Shown piece by piece: positions 58,267 through 64,000 of a stretch of DNA of 64,000 bases; positions within the stretch are counted from its first letter, which is position 1; every line of letters begins with the position of its first letter. The stretch lies in contig OZ250169.1 in assembly GCA_965237955.1 (NCBI GenBank), forward strand, positions 6,592,001 to 6,656,000, given 5' to 3'. Position numbers and translations under genes: made by a program. The notes beneath the pieces were generated by a model, which was not told the DNA's origin, ran no database searches, and worked only from the letters and a program-made list of their open reading frames with translations. The DNA comes from Candidatus Marinacidobacterales bacterium (GTDB taxonomy: Bacteria; Acidobacteriota; Vicinamibacteria; Marinacidobacterales; SMYC01).

Positions 58267-59826
58267 ATGGACATACTGACCGGGGCCGAGATGCGCGAGG
58301 CGGATCGGCGCACGATCCAGGAAGTCGGCGTCCCCGGACGGGTGCTTATGGAGAGCGCGGGACGCGGCGTTGCCGGCGCCATGGAGGCGCACATCGAAGA
58401 TCTCGGCTCGAAATCGATCGTCATCGTTTGTGGCAAGGGCAACAACGGCGGTGACGGGCTGGTGCTGCTGCGGACGTTGGTCGGTCTCGACTACGAAGCG
58501 CGCGCGGTCGTTCTCGCACCGTTCGAAGATCTCGCGCCAGATGCTCTCGATAACCTTCAGTCGGCCTTGAAGCTCGATCTTCCCGTCGACGCCGTCACCA
58601 CCGACGACGAGTGGACCCTCGCTCTCGAGGAGATGTTCAGCGCCGACGTCATCGTGGATGCCATCCTCGGAACCGGTCTGACACGCGCCGCGACCGGCCT
58701 CCCTCTCAGGGTCATCGAAGACATCAACGGGTTGGAAGCAAGCCGCGTGTCCATCGATGTGCCGTCCGGGTTATCGGCCGACTCCGGAGCTCTTCCCGGT
58801 GCGAGTGTGAACGCCGACCTCACTGTCGCCCTCGCGGCGCCGAAGGTGTGCCACTTCGTGCCGCCTGCGTGCGAGCGTTGCGGAAGGGTCGAGGTCGTCG
58901 AGATCGGCATCCCTCCTCAGCTTCTCGAGAGCGACGATCCCAAGCTCATGACGATCGAGCCGGAGTATCTGGTCGGCTCGTGGCCCAAGCGGGACTCCTC
59001 AGCTCACAAGGGTAATTTCGGCCATCTGCTGATCGTCGCCGGTTCGGTCGGGAAGACGGGGGCCGCGGTCATGGCGGCAGAGGCGGCACTTCGGGCGGGA
59101 GTCGGGCTGGTGACCGTGGCTTCGGCGGCCAGCGCGATCCCGCTGATGGCCCCGCGACTCCCCGAAGCCATGTGGGAGCCGCTTCCCGAAACGGCGAGTG
59201 GGGCCATCGCATTCGATGCGACCGATCGCCTGGACGAGCTTCTCTCCGGACAACCGGCACTGGCGGCACTGGCCATCGGCCCCGGACTCGGTCTCGACGA
59301 CGAAACCGTGCGTCTCGTTCAAAAGCTCGTCGGCGAGTGCCGCGTTCCTATGGTCGTCGACGCCGATGCGCTCAACGCGCTCCAAGATCACAAGGACGTC
59401 ATCCAGCCCGGGCAGCCCATCGCGTTGACGCCGCATCCCGGCGAAGCCGCGCGCCTTTTGGGCTGCTCCACTACCACGGTGCAACGAGACCGCCTGCAAG
59501 CGGTGCGCAGCCTCGCGTCCGGCGTGACGGCACACGTCCTGCTCAAGGGCTATCACTCGCTCATCTCGGACCCCGGGGGGCACACGAGCGTGAACCTCAC
59601 CGGCAATCCCGGTCTCGCCACCGCGGGATCCGGGGACGTGCTCACCGGCATCGTCGGCGGGCTGATCGCTCAGGGCGCGTCCGTGGAAAACGCCCTCGTC
59701 GTCGGCGCGTACGTGCATGGGCTTGCCGGAGACCTCGCTGCGGCCGAGCTCGGCGAGACGTCTCTCATCGCAACCGATGTCATCGAAAAGCTCGCCGAGG
59801 CCATCCACTCGCTGGGGGCGGACTGA
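58267..59826 (+). CDS. nnr: Bifunctional NAD(P)H-hydrate epimerase/dehydratase
   Basis: LMESAG, GKGNNGGDG, DVPSG, HKGNFG, VVDADAL, TPHPGE, ATAGSGDVL. Confidence 0.95.
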   Translation: MDILTGAEMREADRRTIQEVGVPGRVLMESAGRGVAGAMEAHIEDLGSKSIVIVCGKGNNGGDGLVLLRTLVGLDYEARAVVLAPFEDLAPDALDNLQSALKLDLPVDAVTTDDEWTLALEEMFSADVIVDAILGTGLTRAATGLPLRVIEDINGLEASRVSIDVPSGLSADSGALPGASVNADLTVALAAPKVCHFVPPACERCGRVEVVEIGIPPQLLESDDPKLMTIEPEYLVGSWPKRDSSAHKGNFGHLLIVAGSVGKTGAAVMAAEAALRAGVGLVTVASAASAIPLMAPRLPEAMWEPLPETASGAIAFDATDRLDELLSGQPALAALAIGPGLGLDDETVRLVQKLVGECRVPMVVDADALNALQDHKDVIQPGQPIALTPHPGEAARLLGCSTTTVQRDRLQAVRSLASGVTAHVLLKGYHSLISDPGGHTSVNLTGNPGLATAGSGDVLTGIVGGLIAQGASVENALVVGAYVHGLAGDLAAAELGETSLIATDVIEKLAEAIHSLGAD

Positions 59827-59828
59827 GA

Positions 59829-60254
59829 TTGAGATTGTCCCGCGAGAGTGCAAGCCCGGAGGAAACGCTCGCCATCGCCCGGAAGCTCGCGAAGAGTCAG
59901 CCTGACTGTCCCGCGTATTACCTCGAAGGCGACCTCGGCGCCGGGAAGACGCTCTTCGCCAAAGGCCTCGCGGCGTTCTACGGTATCGACGCCGCTCTCG
60001 TCGTGAGCCCCACGTTCGCGCTGGTGAACCGCTACGGCGGCGGCTCTCGCGTCGTCTACCACATCGACTTGTACCGCATCGAGCACGAACGTGAGCTCAT
60101 CGAGCTCGGCATCGAGGAAATGGAGGATGAGGGTGCGTTGCTAGTGGTAGAGTGGGCGGAGAAGCTGGGTCGGCGCCGGAGAGAGGACGCGACCACCGTT
60201 CGCTTCGAAATTAACGGCGAGACGCAAAGGCGACTCCATATTGACCCCGATTGA
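59829..60254 (+). CDS. tsaE: tRNA threonylcarbamoyladenosine biosynthesis ATPase
   Basis: GDLGAGKT, SPTFALV..Y, HIDLYR, VEWA; follows nnr, a common gene order. Confidence 0.93.
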   Translation: MRLSRESASPEETLAIARKLAKSQPDCPAYYLEGDLGAGKTLFAKGLAAFYGIDAALVVSPTFALVNRYGGGSRVVYHIDLYRIEHERELIELGIEEMEDEGALLVVEWAEKLGRRRREDATTVRFEINGETQRRLHIDPD

Positions 60255-60266
60255 ACATGACTGGAC

Positions 60267-61172
60267 ATGACCGAACGTGAGCTCGGCGGCATCATTGCCG
60301 CCATACCCACTCCGTTCGACGGCAACGAAGATCTCGCGCTCGACGCGCTGACATCCGATATCCGTCGATGGAACGCCACCCGCCTCGATGGCTACACGGT
60401 TTTGGGAACGACCGGCGAGTTCGTATCGCTCACCACCGACGAGAAAAAGAGCGTCATCGAGTGCGCTCGTAATGCCATCGCCGAGGACAAGACGATGCTC
60501 GCGGGCACCGGGGAAGAGTCGACGCGGGAGGCGGCCGAGCTGTCACGATGGGCCGGTGAGATCGGATGCGACTACGCCATCGTGGTGACGCCGCACTACA
60601 CCCGGATGGCGTTTTCGGACGATTCCCTTCCGCAACATTTCAACCGTGTCGCGGACGCGAGCGGCATACCGATCGTGATTTACCACATTCCCGCGTGCAC
60701 CGGAATCGATCTCGCGCCGGAAACCGTAGCCGAGATTGCCGAGCATCCCAATATCGCCGGCATCAAAGACAGCTCGGGAAACGTCTACGCTCTGCAGCAG
60801 ATGCGTCACCTCTGCCCGGAGGAGTTTTCCGTGCTCACCGGAGCAGCGCAAGTCCTGCACGCTGCGTTGACGGTCGGGGCCGATGGCGCGATCCTCGCGG
60901 AAGCGTGCTCCGCCTACGACCTGTGCGCGGACCTCGCGGACGCGTTCGCGGCGGGAGAGATCGAGCGAAGCCGAGCGCTTCAGGAACGGCTCGCGAGCTT
61001 CAATCGCATCTTGATTGGCAAGCACGGCATCCCGGGGGTCAAGGCGCTTTTAGAGAGAACGGGCTTTTACGGCGGTCCGTGCCGCAGTCCGCTAACGTCT
61101 GTTCCAGCCGTGGCCGTGGCCGAGCTCGTCGCTGCGTTCGAAGCAGCAACCAGCGAGACACTCCCTTCGTGA
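60267..61172 (+). CDS. DapA/HOGA-family class I aldolase
   Basis: GTTGEF, IYHIP, GIKDSSG Schiff-base Lys. Confidence 0.9.
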   Translation: MTERELGGIIAAIPTPFDGNEDLALDALTSDIRRWNATRLDGYTVLGTTGEFVSLTTDEKKSVIECARNAIAEDKTMLAGTGEESTREAAELSRWAGEIGCDYAIVVTPHYTRMAFSDDSLPQHFNRVADASGIPIVIYHIPACTGIDLAPETVAEIAEHPNIAGIKDSSGNVYALQQMRHLCPEEFSVLTGAAQVLHAALTVGADGAILAEACSAYDLCADLADAFAAGEIERSRALQERLASFNRILIGKHGIPGVKALLERTGFYGGPCRSPLTSVPAVAVAELVAAFEAATSETLPS

Positions 61173-62602
61173 CGAAACGCCTCGCACCGGCCGTTCTCGT
61201 CGCGGTCATCGCCTGTATGGGCGCATGCAACGGCGATGCGCACGACGCGTCGTCCGCTCGCATCGACACCGGCAACGCGGGCGTCAACGTTTTGCTCGTC
61301 ACCGTCGATACCCTGCGAGCGGATCATCTGAGCGCGTACGGCTATCCCCGGGTAACGAGCCCGAACATCGACGAGCTCGCTACTCGCGGCGTCGTCTTCG
61401 ACGTTGCGTTCACGTACTGGCCCAAGACACGCGGGAGCTTTGCCGCGCTCTTCACCGGACTCTATGCGTCGCAGCACGGTCTGACCGTCCGTGAACGGGA
61501 TTTACCCGACTTCAACCAGACGCTCGCGGAGACACTTCGTGACAGCGGTTACCGCACCGCGGCCGCGCTCGACAACGGCAATCTCGACGCGGCTCTCGGT
61601 TTCGCACAGGGATTCGACATCTACGAACAGACCTGGCACGTGAAGGACTCCGACGAGCTATCGCGAACCGAGACGATTACACGTTGCGGCGAAAGCTTTC
61701 TTGCTTCCTCCGACGACGAGCGCCCGTTTTTCCTCTGGCTTCACTACGTCAACCCGCACACTCCCTACGAGCCAACGGACGAAGCACTGGCCCATTTTCG
61801 TGACGATGGGGTCATTCCGCGTGGACCCGAGCTCGCGCGTGTCACCGGCTACTACGGCGGCGTCAATAAAAAGCACGTGGCCGTAGACGGCGAGAACTAT
61901 TGGGGCGACTACGTCGACCGCTACGACGCCGAGATCCTCGTTTCCGACGAGCATGTGGGCCGGGTCTTGAAGGCTCTGGACGAGAGCGAGCACGCCGCTA
62001 CCACGCTCGTCGTGTTCACCTCAGACCACGGCGAAAGCCTCGGTGAGCACGATTACTACTTCGATCATGGTTTCGATCTGTTCAACCCCTCACTCCGAAT
62101 CCCGCTGATCCTGTCGTTCCCGGGAGTGCTGCCCGCCGGCGAGCGCGTCTCGGGCGCGGTCTCGAGCCTGGACGTGTTCCCCACGATCCTTGATTTGGCA
62201 CAGGTCTCCTACCCTTCGGGCCTCGAAGGAAACTCCGTCTTGCCGCTCGTGCGGGAAACGACGACCCGGCTCCACGAGCAGATGTTCTTCCAAAACGATC
62301 GTCACCAGATGGCCATAAGCAACGGCCGACTGAAGCTCGTGCATTATCCCGAGGACCGCTTCGAGCTCTATGACATGTACCGCGATCCGACGGAAGACGA
62401 CGACCGCTACCCGGGCTCGGAGTCCCGTATCACGCCGTTCAAGGCCGAGCTTACGAGCTTCCGTACGCAGACCGTCGCGTGGCAACAAGCCACCACCGCG
62501 CGCCGCGAAGAACAAGGCGTCGCGGCTGTCGACGACTCGGAGCTGTCCGAGGAGACCAGGCGAATGCTCGAGGCGCTGGGCTACCTCGACGACGAGAAGT
62601 AG
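61169..62602 (+). CDS. Sulfatase-like hydrolase/transferase, probable lipoprotein
   Basis: LVTVDTLRADHLSAYGY, FFLWLHY..PH.PY, TSDHGESLGEH, LEALGY C-terminus. Confidence 0.9.
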   Translation: MTKRLAPAVLVAVIACMGACNGDAHDASSARIDTGNAGVNVLLVTVDTLRADHLSAYGYPRVTSPNIDELATRGVVFDVAFTYWPKTRGSFAALFTGLYASQHGLTVRERDLPDFNQTLAETLRDSGYRTAAALDNGNLDAALGFAQGFDIYEQTWHVKDSDELSRTETITRCGESFLASSDDERPFFLWLHYVNPHTPYEPTDEALAHFRDDGVIPRGPELARVTGYYGGVNKKHVAVDGENYWGDYVDRYDAEILVSDEHVGRVLKALDESEHAATTLVVFTSDHGESLGEHDYYFDHGFDLFNPSLRIPLILSFPGVLPAGERVSGAVSSLDVFPTILDLAQVSYPSGLEGNSVLPLVRETTTRLHEQMFFQNDRHQMAISNGRLKLVHYPEDRFELYDMYRDPTEDDDRYPGSESRITPFKAELTSFRTQTVAWQQATTARREEQGVAAVDDSELSEETRRMLEALGYLDDEK

Positions 62603-62620
62603 TCAGTCGCCCGCTCAGCC

Positions 62621-63292
62621 CTACGCCTGTTCTTTGATGTCGGTGATGATCCAGCGCGCGATGGGGCTCATGTTGCGCGCTTTGTCCACGAGCTCGTAGC
62701 GTTCGAGCTTGAACGTGTAGCTCTTCTCAGCTGAGCCGTCGTGCACTTTGAGCTGCAACAGCTTGCCTTTCACATCACCGGCGAATTTCTCGTTTACAGC
62801 CGTATTCAACGAAAGTCCCGCCGCGGAGCGTAGCGCCTTGGCTTCCTCGTTGAGCGTTTCTACCTCCTTCTCGACCACCCCCATTTGCTGCATGCGCTCT
62901 TCCCACGCCACCTGAAACTCACCCAACTCGCCGCTGAATGTCTGCTCTGGATTCTCCGCGTGCCTTTTCTGGTACTCGTCAAAAAGGCTCTTGTTGTCAC
63001 CCGCGAAGTTCGAGTTCTTCTCGGTCTCGATACGGAGCTCGCTCCGCTTCTTCGCGAGCTTTTCGTGAAGCTCCGGCAGAGTGAACGGCGCCCGCGATTC
63101 CGCTCCGATCTCGACGAGCTCCCAGGACTCGACGTCGCCCGGAAACTTTGCCAGCGAGACACTTTGAATGACGTTGTCGTCCCCACCCTGAATTGCGGTG
63201 AAGAACACATTTAACACTTGCTCTTCCTGCCCGCCGCAGCCTGAAACGAGCAGGAACGCAACTCCGACGAATAGATGCTTGAGACTTCGCAC
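62621..63292 (-). CDS. Hypothetical lipoprotein with coiled coil
   Basis: Lipobox VSGC; GGAGG RBS. Confidence 0.75.
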   Translation of the reverse strand: MRSLKHLFVGVAFLLVSGCGGQEEQVLNVFFTAIQGGDDNVIQSVSLAKFPGDVESWELVEIGAESRAPFTLPELHEKLAKKRSELRIETEKNSNFAGDNKSLFDEYQKRHAENPEQTFSGELGEFQVAWEERMQQMGVVEKEVETLNEEAKALRSAAGLSLNTAVNEKFAGDVKGKLLQLKVHDGSAEKSYTFKLERYELVDKARNMSPIARWIITDIKEQA

Positions 63293-63469
63293 ATTTCCCT
63301 CCTTCTATCCAGCCGCCGGGCGTCGGGCCTTTACAGAAGGAAGCTGAAGCCAATCAGGACGTGCTACGAGCGAGGAGTATCATGAGACCAACGACGAGGC
63401 GACCTCGGCTGGAGACATCCTAGATCTCTCCGCCATCGAAGGCAACACTGTTCTTGATTGCCGCCGGCG

Positions 63470-63790
63470 TGAGAATCAGTAGAGCACTTCGTCTTCGCCA
63501 CGCTCGTCTATCAGGCCCGGAAGTGCTCGACGATGAGACCGCGGCGTGCCCACACACCGTCGAGCTCGTTGTCATCGAGAATATCGGACAACTCGGCTTC
63601 GAGCTCAACGCGGCTCAGCTCGGACATCGCTCGCTCGAAACAGGTTTCGATCGCAGCGCACGAGCCATTCCGGCCTTCGAATTTTCTTCCACCGACGGAA
63701 CGCGAGAGAGAAATCGATCATCCATATCTTCCAATCATTCGTGATCAGCAGGTGACTCTGATTCAGATCGGTATCAGAATACGCGAAGAG
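63470..63790 (-). pseudogene. Degraded C-terminal remnant of a kinase-like protein
   Basis: DLNQSHLLITNDWKIWMIDFSLAFR resembles a DRN.GN...IDF kinase-like motif; frameshifts and stops follow. Confidence 0.5.
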
Positions 63791-63820
63791 TTTCGATGGC
63801 CGCCCCGATTCCGATGCGCG

Positions 63821-63852
63821 CTCTTGCGTCTCCGCGCCCTTGCGTCTTTGCG
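63821..63852 (+). repeat. Octamer tandem array (..TTGCG-like) x4
   Basis: ctcttgcg tctccgcg cccttgcg tctttgcg. Confidence 0.65.
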
Positions 63853-64000
63853 CTGAAAAAATCGCCAAAAGCCGCTCTAGCGGCCACCTTTGGCTGCGGA
63901 CAGGATTCTTTGGGCCGCGGCCCAGACCTCTGCGGGCTCGATCGTTTTCAGGCACTGGTTGTCGCCGTCGCACGGCGAAAGCCGGTGGTTGTACGCCGTC

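Overview
High-GC bacterial chromosomal segment. The gene families suggest Acidobacteriota, probably Vicinamibacteria (inference only). In order it holds: ppiD and a STAS protein; a MazEF-type TA pair; a MacAB-TolC exporter; a minus-strand block (Ser/Thr kinase, two secreted Cys-containing domain proteins, GT2, B12 radical SAM, carbamoyltransferase, GT-C glycosyltransferase); lpxD-moeA-moaC-penicillin acylase-LysW-like-larE; signalling genes (sigma-70, REC-GGDEF-EAL, FHA-DUF4388); a ~20 kb nucleobase/ureide catabolism region (NCS2 permease, three carbamoylases, Xdh-type Mo hydroxylase, SsnA, DpaL, PLP enzyme, LLM, ALDH, dihydropyrimidinase) interrupted by a BrnT-type TA pair and followed by a VapBC pair; then NUDIX, SDR, racemase, nnr, tsaE, a DapA-family gene and a sulfatase. 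Main observations missed by the ORF track: (i) a 69-aa glutaredoxin-like selenoprotein with two in-frame UGA codons, each followed by a SECIS-like hairpin (57213-57422); (ii) a possible hydrolytic variant of the 2,8-dioxopurine purine-degradation pathway; (iii) inverted arrays of 6/7-bp tandem repeats that bracket small cassettes; (iv) many hollowed-out gene remnants that keep only their first and last codons; (v) widespread leaderless-type -10 boxes. Several genes carry single-base indels in short homopolymers, so some disruptions are probably sequencing or consensus errors. No rRNA, tRNA or CRISPR array was recognised.
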